The notes under the pieces: model-generated
What the model saw: only the letters and a program-made list of their open reading frames with translations
Told to the model about the DNA's origin: nothing
Databases searched by the model: none
In this document: positions 1-8,022 of the stretch, one piece after another
Position numbering within the stretch: the stretch's first letter is position 1
How the letters are laid out: each line of letters starts with the position of its first letter
Assembly (NCBI RefSeq): GCF_000175255.2
Contig: NC_017181.1
Coordinates: forward strand, 1 to 31,692
DNA from: Zymomonas mobilis subsp. mobilis ATCC 10988
GTDB lineage: Bacteria; Pseudomonadota; Alphaproteobacteria; Sphingomonadales; Sphingomonadaceae
Direction: 5' to 3'
Length of the DNA stretch: 31,692 bases
Made by a program: the position numbers and the translations under genes

Positions 1-48
1 TATTTGTTTAAAATCTATTTTATAGATATTGTTTTTATAAATAAAAAA

Positions 49-930
49 TCAATTTTTTTTACGATAAGTATTAGGCAATTTACCAAATTGACGTTGAAAT
101 GCGGCACTAAAATGACTGATATTACTATATCCCAGCTGAATAGCTGTTTCAGTGACAGAGTATTTCTTCAAAAGTATTTTGGCATGCTCCATCCGATGCG
201 CCTGAAAAAGGCTATAAGGCCCGCAACCATAAATTTCCCGAAATCCTGTCTTCAGCCTTGTCGCACTAAGGCCACTATATTTGGCCAAATCAATAATTCT
301 TGGAGCAATATCTTTTCTTGAAAGCAGTAATTTATACGCCTTGTCCAAACGAGCTTTCTCGATTGTTGAAAGTGTGTTTTGTGGATGACTTTCTTGTATA
401 TGTTCAAAAGAATGACCAATCACAGCTAAGGCCATAGCGCAGCGCAAGGGCGCATTATGAAACCCTTTCTGCATAGAAAGGCATAGGCTTGTTGCCGCCT
501 TTCTTAGAGGAAGACATAGCTTGCTTTTGCGAAGAATTTTTCTTTTTGTGAAAATTTCAGTTTCCCATGAGGGTGTTTTTATATCTTCTAAAAATTCGAG
601 TGTTATATGTAATTCTAGACAGGAAAAATCATGACTAGTATTAATTTTGAATCTTGAATCTTGAAGATTAGCCATAACAATATCTTGGCTTGTTAAAATA
701 TAGATATCTTCGTCTATATGTATTTCACAACTTCCAGAAAGAATAACTAAACATCTCACAACCGAAGATGCGTTGTCAAAAACGCCTTCTACAGAACAAG
801 CATTTTCAGATGTAAACCAACTAGCGCTAAGACCACTGTGAAACTGGTTGAATACAGGATGTAACAGTGACTGCCCTACAAGATATGAGGGGTGTTTTAT
901 ATGTATATGGCTAGATCTAATATTTTTCAT
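49..930 (-). CDS. AraC/XylS-family transcriptional regulator
   Basis: 293-aa ORF. The C-terminal ~100 aa is a typical AraC double helix-turn-helix (IIDLAKYSGLSATRLKTGFREIYGCGPYSLFQAHRMEHAKILL...TETAIQLGYSNISHFSAAFQRQFGKLP). The N-terminal domain is not assignable by eye. Confidence 0.88.
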   Translation of the reverse strand: MKNIRSSHIHIKHPSYLVGQSLLHPVFNQFHSGLSASWFTSENACSVEGVFDNASSVVRCLVILSGSCEIHIDEDIYILTSQDIVMANLQDSRFKINTSHDFSCLELHITLEFLEDIKTPSWETEIFTKRKILRKSKLCLPLRKAATSLCLSMQKGFHNAPLRCAMALAVIGHSFEHIQESHPQNTLSTIEKARLDKAYKLLLSRKDIAPRIIDLAKYSGLSATRLKTGFREIYGCGPYSLFQAHRMEHAKILLKKYSVTETAIQLGYSNISHFSAAFQRQFGKLPNTYRKKN

Positions 931-1049
931 TGCTAAACATAATTTCTTCGTAAAATTATAACCCCTAATTTATTGCAAATAATTTTTATTATCAAAATAT
1001 AAATTTTATAAATTAAGACAGAAAATTAACAAAAATTTGAACTTTTAAA

Positions 1050-1090
1050 ACCAGATTAAAATAAATATCCGGTAATTAAAAATACCGGAT
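1050..1090. repeat. Cluster 1 of ATC[C/T]GGTAAT-type half-sites
   Basis: Read directly: ACCAGAT 1050-1056 (reverse complement ATCTGGT), ATCCGGTAAT 1067-1076, AATACCGGAT 1081-1090. The last two form an inverted repeat abutting the stop of the 1090-1377 gene. Confidence 0.6.
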
Positions 1091-1377
1091 TATTTTATGG
1101 CTATATTTTGCTTATATAATTGCCATGCCTCTTCAATAAGAACACCTTGCTGAACGCCTCTGCGCTTTGCTTCATTCGCAATTTCGATAGATGTATCTGG
1201 CATCACTTTAGCATGGACTTGCCCAGTGCGAGGGCTTGGCTTTCTCCCTCTTTTTTTTACGATTTCTCGTGAAGAAAAACCCAATTCTTCAGCAACCTGA
1301 TCTGTTTCTTTAGTCGAGGATGTTTTGGGTTGTTTTTTTAAGCGGCTTAAATCGATACTAAAAGCGTTATTACTCAC
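1090..1377 (-). CDS. Small ribbon-helix-helix partition protein (ParG/ParB-like partner of ParA)
   Basis: 95-aa basic ORF whose start overlaps the parA stop by 4 nt, suggesting translational coupling. It has a flexible Lys/Ser-rich N-terminus, then an RHH-like strand-helix-helix (QVHAKVMPDTSIEIANEAKRRGVQQGVLIEEAWQLY). Assignment rests on position, size and pattern, not on a search. Confidence 0.6.
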   Translation of the reverse strand: MSNNAFSIDLSRLKKQPKTSSTKETDQVAEELGFSSREIVKKRGRKPSPRTGQVHAKVMPDTSIEIANEAKRRGVQQGVLIEEAWQLYKQNIAIK

Positions 1378-2036
1378 TGGGCATCTCCAGTTAATCTTTG
1401 ATAGACAGCTTGGACAAAAAGCGAGGCGTTTTCTATCGCTTTTTCCATATTGCCCTGTTCTGGCATGCTATAGAGATCTCCACCAAATTCGAATAAAGCC
1501 GAAAAAGCTGCCCGCTCCATCAGAGGCGGTTCAATGAGATCAACACCTTGTTCTCGAAAAGACTTTTCAATGCCACTATGCTGTTTTGACTTAACCGCTT
1601 TGGTCATTGTAAAAACCAAAGCATAAGGAATGGAGCGGTCTAGTGCCTCTTCCTCTTCCTCTATTAGCTGTAAAGCTCTTGCGCCGATCGTTGCGTCAAG
1701 AGTTGTCGCACGCATAGGTATAAGCACAAGATCGGCTTGAGATATTGCTCGAGAGACTAATCGCGACGCAATGCCTTCCAAATCGACAATAATAATCTTT
1801 CCATCATTGTCATGGTTTTTAATCGTTTTAACGATTTCTGATTCCGTGACATCTGACAGAACGCGCATGCGTTGAGGCATTGTGCCGCGTTTTGACCATA
1901 TGGTTAAAGAGCGATTGGGATCGCAATCAACCATAACAACTTCAGCTCCAGCATGTGCCAGTCCTGTTCCCAACAGGACTGCTGTTGTTGATTTTCCGGC
2001 ACCTCCTTTGGGGGATGCAACCACAACAGTAGGCAT
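1374..2036 (-). CDS. parA: ParA-family plasmid partition ATPase
   Basis: 220 aa. Deviant Walker A at the N-terminus (VVVASPKGGAGKSTTA), followed by MVDCDPNRS and IIIVDLEG (Walker B-like). Size fits short type Ib ParA proteins. Confidence 0.92.
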   Translation of the reverse strand: MPTVVVASPKGGAGKSTTAVLLGTGLAHAGAEVVMVDCDPNRSLTIWSKRGTMPQRMRVLSDVTESEIVKTIKNHDNDGKIIIVDLEGIASRLVSRAISQADLVLIPMRATTLDATIGARALQLIEEEEEALDRSIPYALVFTMTKAVKSKQHSGIEKSFREQGVDLIEPPLMERAAFSALFEFGGDLYSMPEQGNMEKAIENASLFVQAVYQRLTGDAQ

Positions 2037-2056
2037 AATATGACCCTTTTAAAATT

Positions 2057-2097
2057 ATCTGGTATTTATATTAACCGGATAATTTAAATTATCCAAT
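2057..2097. repeat. Cluster 2 of ATC[C/T]GGTAAT-type half-sites in the parA/SDR divergent promoter region
   Basis: ATCTGGTA 2057-2064, AACCGGATAA 2073-2082, degenerate TTATCCAAT 2089-2097. CCGGATAATTT/AAATTATCCAA forms an imperfect palindrome. Confidence 0.55.
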
Positions 2098-2177
2098 AAT
2101 AAATGATTTTCAAACCATTTTGATGATAGGCATAATATACTTCGAGGATGAGGCCTAAGAAGTAAGGAATAATACGA

Positions 2178-2909
2178 ATGACGAAACCGGTCGCTATTAT
2201 CACAGGCGGAAGTCGCGGTATAGGAGCCGCCATTGCTCAAAAATTAGCTCATGATGGCTTCGACATAGCTATCTCTTTTGCAAGAAGTGCTACCCAAGCC
2301 AATGCAATTTGTCAAAAAATAGAAGCCTTGGGATGCAAGGCTTTATCTATTCAAGCTGATGGCTCAACAGTAGAAGGCAATAAAAAAGTTATATCAGAAA
2401 CAGCCAAACATTTTGGTCGTGTGGATGTTTTGGTCTGCAATGCAGGAATGTTTTCTTATAAAAATATAGATCAGGTAAGCGTTGATGATATCAACGATAT
2501 GCTTAACCTTAATCTTCGTTCTGTCATGGTCGAAGTATCCGAAGCTGTGCGTCATTTGCCATCTGGTGGTCGTATCATCTTGATTGGTTCAACATTTGCA
2601 GGTCGAGCCCCCTTTGCTGGCATTTCTTTATACTCGGCTGCCAAGGCTGGCTTACGAGGCTTTGCCAAAGGCGTTGCGCGTGATCTTGGTCAAAAAGCTA
2701 TAACGATCAATGTCATTGAACCCGGTCCTATCAATACGGATATGAATCCGGCAGATGGCGAAGCCTTTGATTTAATTTCTTCTTTTACAGCGACGAAAGA
2801 CTACGGCCAAGTGGATGATATCGCCCGCACAGTTTCTTTTTTAGCTAGCTCGGAATCCGGTAATATTACCGGCGCAGCTATTGCTGTTGATGGTGGTCTG
2901 CAAGCCTAA
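2178..2909 (+). CDS. Short-chain dehydrogenase/reductase (FabG-like SDR oxidoreductase)
   Basis: 243 aa. Rossmann motif TGGSRGIGAAIA near the N-terminus, NAG motif (VCNAGM), catalytic YSAAK (YxxxK), and a C-terminal PGPINTDM typical of classical SDRs. Confidence 0.92.
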   Translation: MTKPVAIITGGSRGIGAAIAQKLAHDGFDIAISFARSATQANAICQKIEALGCKALSIQADGSTVEGNKKVISETAKHFGRVDVLVCNAGMFSYKNIDQVSVDDINDMLNLNLRSVMVEVSEAVRHLPSGGRIILIGSTFAGRAPFAGISLYSAAKAGLRGFAKGVARDLGQKAITINVIEPGPINTDMNPADGEAFDLISSFTATKDYGQVDDIARTVSFLASSESGNITGAAIAVDGGLQA

Positions 2910-2920
2910 AACCTTAATAA

Positions 2921-2964
2921 ATTACCGGATATTTTAAAATATCCGGTAATTATAAATATCTGGT
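2921..2964. repeat. Cluster 3: perfect 30-bp palindrome ATTACCGGATATTTTAAAATATCCGGTAAT (2921-2950) plus ATCTGGT (2958-2964) and a T-run
   Basis: Read directly. It lies between the convergent 3' ends of the SDR gene and TonB-dependent receptor 1, so it may also act as a bidirectional terminator hairpin. Confidence 0.65.
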
Positions 2965-3006
2965 TTTTTGAAAAATCTTTTAAAAACAGTGCGTTAAAAA
3001 TATTTT

Positions 3007-5247
3007 TTAGAGATCTGCCGTAATTGAAAATTTAAAAGTCTGTGGGGCGCCCATAATCAAATTGCTTTGATAAACGGAATCCCAATAGCGTTGATTGCCA
3101 ACATTATCTATTTCGATCCGTGCAGTAAGCGGCTTATTGCGAACAAGGAAGGTGTATCGCGCTCCCAAATCAAACCTTGACCATGCAGGTAGATGAGCGG
3201 TGTTTGCATTGTTAAATTGTTGCTTTCCTGTGCTGACTACTCGCCCAACAAAGGTCAGACCTTTGACAAAGGGAATATCATATTCGAGATTCCCATTAAT
3301 CGTATAATCTGGAACGCCAATCACGGTTTTTCCGTCGTAACTGCCTCCCGAACTTCGTATCTGTTTGGCATCAATCAGAGTTAGACCGCCATTAAATCGT
3401 AACCCGCGCCAAATTTTTCCATTAAATGTTAGCTCCATACCGCGGTTACGTTGTTTCCCGTCTTGGGTATAAATTAACAAGCCTGTATCCCCATAGGATT
3501 CTACCATCCCATAAGGCATTGCTGTCTGGTAAAAGGAGACGCTGGCAGAAAAACGGCCAATGTCATATTTTGCTCCGACTTCATACTGTGTGCTTTGATA
3601 GGGGGCAAAAGTCTGACCTGCATTAACATAGCTTGCTCCTACCGTTGTGCCTGCGGAAAGGCCTTGGATACGATTAAAATATACAGCAAAATATTTTATT
3701 GGATGAACCACTAATCCGACAACCGGAGAAATAACGCCCGATTCATACTGTGATTGAAGTTTACCTGTGCCATAAGCATAGGAATTGGACAGGATGTTTT
3801 GATAACGGAACCCGCCGGTGAGAGAAATGCGGTCATCCCAGAAATTCATCGTATCAGAAAAAAACAAACTATAGAGCTTGTTCATGGAAACTCGTCCCGG
3901 ATTTTTCATATTACCACTGGCATAGGTTTCATTCGGGGTAAATTGGATAGGGTTATAAATATTCCCTGCTTGGCCGACCAAACTCATGGCATAGGCAGCA
4001 TAGGATTCTTCCCAAATAGCGGATCCTCCTGCATTGATTTCATGCTTGATAAAGCCGGTTTTGAAATGGGCGCGAACACCGGCTTGAGTTGACTTATTAA
4101 GGACATTATAGGCCGTAGCCATCGCACCAACGCTTCCATCTCCTGTGTAAGAATTTTTTAAAGTCGTGGTGGCATAATTGCCTATTTCCTGACCACTCTG
4201 CGCTCCGAATTTACCATAAAGAGTGATATGGTCTCCAAAATCATGCTCTATATTCAGTGTACCGAATAAATAAGATAAATCGGTATAAGCCCATTTCTGT
4301 CCCCAATTTTTTGATGGAGAAGTCGTCTTTGGAACGGGCATATCTGTTCCAAGGCTGGAAACGATAATAGAACTACGCCCCCCAAAAACCTGTTGTTTCT
4401 GGTAGTTCATATTCATATCTATCCGCGTATCTTCATTATGCCAGTCAAAAGCACCGGCAATAGCAATATCGTCACGGCGTTCTCCTTTAATCGCTGTTCG
4501 ACCATTCATGCCTGCCGCATTAAAACGGAATCCATAAGCACGATCCTGACCAAATCTTCGACTTATATCGACCGCACCGCCACCTTGGCCATTACTGGTA
4601 TAATCGCCGGTAACCCGTGTTATATCTGTTGATGTCGCACGTTTGGGGACAAGATTAACATTACCGCCAATAGCGGATCCGCCGGGAGCCGCTCCATTTA
4701 AAAAAGCACTGGCGCCATTTAAAACTTGCACGGAGTCATAGAGCTGTGGAGAAACAAGCTGACGAGGTGTTACGCCATATAATCCATCAATCGCCACATC
4801 ATCACCATACAGGGTAAAACCCCGAATCTGGAAAAGCTGGGCATAATTTCCATATCCTGTTGTCGTCCTGACCGTTGGGTCATTAAGAAGAACTTCACCC
4901 AAGGTTTGAGCCTGCTGGTTCAAAATGAGGCTAGAATTATAACTGCGAATATTGAAGGGAACATCAAGGCCTTTTTTGTTGCCCAAGGCGCCCAAATCCC
5001 CACCACTTGATACATACATTCGATTGTTGCGAGAAGCTGTTACAATAAGATCTTCTTGTTTGGTAACGGCCGGAACGGTTTCTTCTTTTTTAAGATCAGA
5101 TGCTTTTGAAGAAAATAGAAGCGCATTGTTTCTGCTTTGTGATGTAGAATTTTCTGCCCATGCAGGGGTCGAAAGGAACACTGTTCCCATACCGGAAAGC
5201 AAACTGGATAGTCCGATGGTGTTCAGACAAAGCGCTCGAAAATTCAT
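3007..5247 (-). CDS. TonB-dependent outer-membrane receptor (siderophore-type)
   Basis: Plug-domain signatures (DLIVTASR; LFQIRGFTL) followed by a long Gly/Tyr/Asn-rich beta-barrel. I place the start at the internal Met (5247): it gives a signal peptide ending AWA and has AGGTGG 8-9 nt upstream. The ORF track extends to 5313. Confidence 0.88.
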   Translation of the reverse strand: MNFRALCLNTIGLSSLLSGMGTVFLSTPAWAENSTSQSRNNALLFSSKASDLKKEETVPAVTKQEDLIVTASRNNRMYVSSGGDLGALGNKKGLDVPFNIRSYNSSLILNQQAQTLGEVLLNDPTVRTTTGYGNYAQLFQIRGFTLYGDDVAIDGLYGVTPRQLVSPQLYDSVQVLNGASAFLNGAAPGGSAIGGNVNLVPKRATSTDITRVTGDYTSNGQGGGAVDISRRFGQDRAYGFRFNAAGMNGRTAIKGERRDDIAIAGAFDWHNEDTRIDMNMNYQKQQVFGGRSSIIVSSLGTDMPVPKTTSPSKNWGQKWAYTDLSYLFGTLNIEHDFGDHITLYGKFGAQSGQEIGNYATTTLKNSYTGDGSVGAMATAYNVLNKSTQAGVRAHFKTGFIKHEINAGGSAIWEESYAAYAMSLVGQAGNIYNPIQFTPNETYASGNMKNPGRVSMNKLYSLFFSDTMNFWDDRISLTGGFRYQNILSNSYAYGTGKLQSQYESGVISPVVGLVVHPIKYFAVYFNRIQGLSAGTTVGASYVNAGQTFAPYQSTQYEVGAKYDIGRFSASVSFYQTAMPYGMVESYGDTGLLIYTQDGKQRNRGMELTFNGKIWRGLRFNGGLTLIDAKQIRSSGGSYDGKTVIGVPDYTINGNLEYDIPFVKGLTFVGRVVSTGKQQFNNANTAHLPAWSRFDLGARYTFLVRNKPLTARIEIDNVGNQRYWDSVYQSNLIMGAPQTFKFSITADL

Positions 5248-5409
5248 AACAAAACCCACCTGATAGCCCTTTTTTGAAACGCATATCTTATTGGTAATAA
5301 TTTTCAATAGCACTTAATGATATTTAACTATTGGGTTATGATATATCATCAATTTAAATAATTATTATAATGAAACTGTAAAATCAGGCTGTTATGGATA
5401 TTAAAATTT

Positions 5410-5453
5410 ATCTGGTTTTTTAAATTACCGGATAAATAAAATAATCGGGTAAT
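5410..5453. repeat. Cluster 4 of ATC[C/T]GGTAAT-type half-sites
   Basis: ATCTGGT 5410-5416, ATTACCGGAT 5424-5433, ATCGGGTAAT 5444-5453. Located between the yafQ 3' end and the promoter region of TonB-dependent receptor 1. Confidence 0.55.
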
Positions 5454-5479
5454 CTTATATTTCGGACGCTTTTATGGCT

Positions 5480-5752
5480 CTACCCAAATAGTTCAGAATG
5501 GCTTCCCAAACGTACTAATTGAACATAATCATCGCCATTCTTCATATAAATTAGCACTAAATCCGGTTTTACATGGCAATCTCTAAAGCCAAGCCAATTA
5601 CCTGAAAGGGCATGATCTCTATATCTTGGCGGGAGTTCCAAATCTTGACAAAGGCAGTTTAAAATTTCTGCCCATGCGGGGGTAACAAACTCTAGAAAAT
5701 TCTTTTTAGCGTCTTTTTTGAATTGTTTTTCAAGCAAGACCTTACGCATCAT
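5480..5752 (-). CDS. yafQ: Type II toxin, YafQ/RelE family mRNA interferase
   Basis: 90 aa. Characteristic YafQ C-terminal half (HALSGNWLGFRDCHVKPDLVLIYMKNGDDYVQLVRLGSHSELF). Overlaps the upstream antitoxin gene by 11 nt. Confidence 0.85.
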   Translation of the reverse strand: MMRKVLLEKQFKKDAKKNFLEFVTPAWAEILNCLCQDLELPPRYRDHALSGNWLGFRDCHVKPDLVLIYMKNGDDYVQLVRLGSHSELFG

Positions 5753-6023
5753 GGTTCTCTTGTAATACTTTCAAGGCCTCTGCTGCCGTAAAGGCTTCCG
5801 AAAAATCAGTGCGCCTTAATGCCTCCAGCATCGCTTTTTGTGTGGTCGTATTGGGCTCATCTTTAGCATAATCGAAAGATAGCGGAATCGTTTTGGTCTC
5901 GGCCACTTGATTTAAAAATAACTTAAATGCCTGCGCTGCGCTTAATCCATAACGCTCTAATACCGGAAAGGCTCGATCCCGCAAATCCTGATCCAATCGC
6001 AGATTGAAACTTGTTGTCGCCAT
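5742..6023 (-). CDS. dinJ: Type II antitoxin, DinJ/RelB family
   Basis: 93 aa. N-terminal RHH pattern (SFNLRLDQDLRDRAFPVLERYGLSAAQAFKLFLNQVAETKTIPLSF) typical of DinJ. Sits directly upstream of yafQ. Confidence 0.85.
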   Translation of the reverse strand: MATTSFNLRLDQDLRDRAFPVLERYGLSAAQAFKLFLNQVAETKTIPLSFDYAKDEPNTTTQKAMLEALRRTDFSEAFTAAEALKVLQENHDA

Positions 6024-6085
6024 TTTTACACCTATTGATATACATTCATCATATATTTGCTACCAATAATACGCTGAATGTATAC

Positions 6086-6410
6086 TTATTTCAAATAAGA
6101 ATCACTGTATGATAGTCGTTTTTCAATAAAAGCTAGCATCCATTCAATGCATGAATAGACTGTATGAAATTCCGACCATTCCGCATGGAGGCCATCCATC
6201 AGAGATTGAGTGCTGTCGAATTTTTTTAATTTACTGGCGCGTGCGTCTGTCATAGCAATCAATGTCTTTTTGTTTGGAATCAAAGGATCAAAAGGCAGAG
6301 CTTTTTCTTGAACGACTTTTATCAGGCATCATGCGGACAGCATCAGATGCAGTCAGACCAAGGCTTTTGAAGAAAGCAGACGCTTCCTGTTTTAAGCCGA
6401 TGTGTCGCAT
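6086..6410 (-). pseudogene. Frameshifted orphan DinJ/RelB-like antitoxin
   Basis: The minus-strand ATG at 6410 gives MRHIGLKQEASAFFKSLGLTASDAVRMM, then a stop at 6288. Shifting one base near 6326 continues LIKVVQEKALPFDPLIPNKKTLIAMTDARASKL... (the 6086-6283 ORF). This restores a DinJ-like protein. No toxin gene follows it. Confidence 0.55.
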
Positions 6411-6518
6411 AGAATAACTAAGGCAGGGCGCTCTCTATAAAATCATGGACGCGGCATTCGGAAATTTCTCTGAATAACCAACATGTTAGGAATATTAGTT
6501 ATTCAGGAAGAGATGATA

Positions 6519-6983
6519 TTAAATCTCAGTATGGAATATCTGCGGTTGCGTCATCACAATAGGTAGTCTTTGCGCAAGCGATGATGCTATTTTTTGTTTA
6601 AGATTCCATGAGTCTGGGCTTCCGATTTCCATCGGAGCTAACAAACCAAGCAGCATTTTTCGGAGTTCTGTTTGAGTAGGTAATTTTACCGAGGCTTCCG
6701 TGCATTTTGCCTCAGTAATATTCTTTATTACCGAAGGCGTTGGATGATCTTCAAACGCGGCTGCTACAAAAGTTACCCATTCTGGGATACCCTTTGTCTG
6801 TCTATTTTCGAATGCAGATATAGTTTGCTGTTTTATATCTGATATTTTGCCACGAGCTTCTGCCGAGAGTTTGGCTTCTTTTGCTAATCTATTAGCACTC
6901 CATCCGCGAGAATTTCTTTCCTCACGGAGCCATTGCCGCACCTTTTCGATCTTTGTTGTTTCAGATGATGCATGTCTCGTCAT
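6519..6983 (-). CDS. XRE-like helix-turn-helix protein, tandem paralog 3 of 3 (operon order)
   Basis: 154 aa. Shares with the two upstream genes the N-terminal pattern R..R..R.W[ST]A..LA.EA...A..RG......KQQ.IS..E.......P.W and the C-terminal LLGLL.P.E......K..IA..LA..LP motif. Confidence 0.7.
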   Translation of the reverse strand: MTRHASSETTKIEKVRQWLREERNSRGWSANRLAKEAKLSAEARGKISDIKQQTISAFENRQTKGIPEWVTFVAAAFEDHPTPSVIKNITEAKCTEASVKLPTQTELRKMLLGLLAPMEIGSPDSWNLKQKIASSLAQRLPIVMTQPQIFHTEI

Positions 6984-7008
6984 AATATCTATTTATACCA
7001 AAAAGATA

Positions 7009-7518
7009 TTACTGAAACAAACTTATCTGTTCTAAGCCTTTTGGTAAGTGTTTTGCTAATACATTAGCAATTTGATGTTTTGATTCCAGAGAGACATCTG
7101 TCTCAACTGGAATAAGCAGTCCTAATAGCAAGTTTCTTAAAGCCTGTTGGTCAGGTATTTTTATTTTTTTTGAGCAAGTTTTAGTAATATTATGATTTTT
7201 TTGAGTAGTTTCTTCAATCTTTAATTCTTTGGAGGTTTCCAAACCAGCAATAGATACAGACGAGACCTCATTGATTGGGTTGTCTAGGAAAGATGCATTA
7301 ACATACTCAATCCAGTATGGAATGCTTTTTAATCTTCCCAGTTCTAACGCAGAAATTGACTGCTGTTTCAGATGTAAATCTACACCACGGTTTTTTGCAG
7401 CTTTACAAGCTTCTTGCGCTAAACGTGCAGCTGTCCAGTTGCGTAAGCACCGTTCTCTACGCATAGACTGGCGCATGGCCTCGAGTCTTTGGAATTCTTC
7501 TGGTGGAATTATTGTCAT
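7009..7518 (-). CDS. XRE-like helix-turn-helix protein, tandem paralog 2 of 3
   Basis: 169 aa. MTIIPPEEFQRLEAMRQSMRRERCLRNWTAARLAQEACKAAKNRGVDLHLKQQSISALELGRLKSIPYW aligns by eye along its length with 7546-8022. The gap to the next gene is 25 nt. Confidence 0.7.
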   Translation of the reverse strand: MTIIPPEEFQRLEAMRQSMRRERCLRNWTAARLAQEACKAAKNRGVDLHLKQQSISALELGRLKSIPYWIEYVNASFLDNPINEVSSVSIAGLETSKELKIEETTQKNHNITKTCSKKIKIPDQQALRNLLLGLLIPVETDVSLESKHQIANVLAKHLPKGLEQISLFQ

Positions 7519-7545
7519 AAAAGCTGTGATTATGCCAAAAGAATA

Positions 7546-8022
7546 CTATTCAAACAAAGATTGGCCGTGTTTTACCCCAATAGGCAATCTTTGAGAGAGA
7601 ATATCAGCAAGTTGTAATTTCGACTCCAGAGAATTCCCAATTTCTATCGGCCCTAGCAGTCCAATCAGAATTTTTTTTAATAGCGGGGGTTCCGGTAGTG
7701 CTAGAACCTTATCACACTCTTTTTTAAGGGCCTCACTTTTTTCATTTTGCGGTACTGATTGAAAACCTTCAATCTCAACAGGATTATCTTCAAATGCGTA
7801 TAATACGTATTTAGCCCAGACTGGTTCACTTTTCATTCTGCCAGTCTCGAGCGAGGTAATAGAGTATAACTTTAATTTTAGATCAATGCCCCGACGTTTA
7901 GCTGCTTTATTGGCCTCATCAGCCAGCTGTCGAGCTGTCCAATCGCGCATGCAGCGTTGTTGGCGAATGTTGAGTCTCAGTCGTTCTAATCTCTCAAATT
8001 CTATTTTGGGCATTATCGTCAT
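7546..8022 (-). CDS. XRE-like helix-turn-helix protein, tandem paralog 1 of 3
   Basis: 158 aa. MTIMPKIEFERLERLRLNIRQQRCMRDWTARQLADEANKAAKRRGIDLKLKLYSITSLETGRMKSEPVW, with a C-terminal LIGLLGPIEIG...LADILSQRLP motif shared with the paralogs. Confidence 0.7.
   Translation of the reverse strand: MTIMPKIEFERLERLRLNIRQQRCMRDWTARQLADEANKAAKRRGIDLKLKLYSITSLETGRMKSEPVWAKYVLYAFEDNPVEIEGFQSVPQNEKSEALKKECDKVLALPEPPLLKKILIGLLGPIEIGNSLESKLQLADILSQRLPIGVKHGQSLFE

Noticed and set aside
4-321. 105-aa plus-strand ORF
   Set aside because: It lies entirely antisense to the well-supported AraC gene. The composition is low-complexity and AT-driven, with no recognisable motif.
975-993. Fur-box-like sequences upstream of AraC (975-993) and of receptor 1 (5357-5375)
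   Set aside because: They match the consensus at only 13/19 positions in extremely AT-rich DNA, which is indistinguishable from chance by eye.
3193-5284. Six 62-112-aa ORFs overlapping the TonB-dependent receptor 1 gene (3193-3384, 3426-3626, 3754-4092, 4393-4632, 4952-5263 antisense; 5096-5284 alternative frame on the same strand)
   Set aside because: These are shadow ORFs of a long, confidently assigned gene. Their sequences are unstructured and motif-free.
5248-5313. 22-codon N-terminal extension of receptor 1 (MLLKIITNKICVSKKGYQVGFV)
   Set aside because: The internal Met at 5247 gives a proper signal peptide and has an AGGTGG Shine-Dalgarno sequence. The extension would bury that signal peptide.
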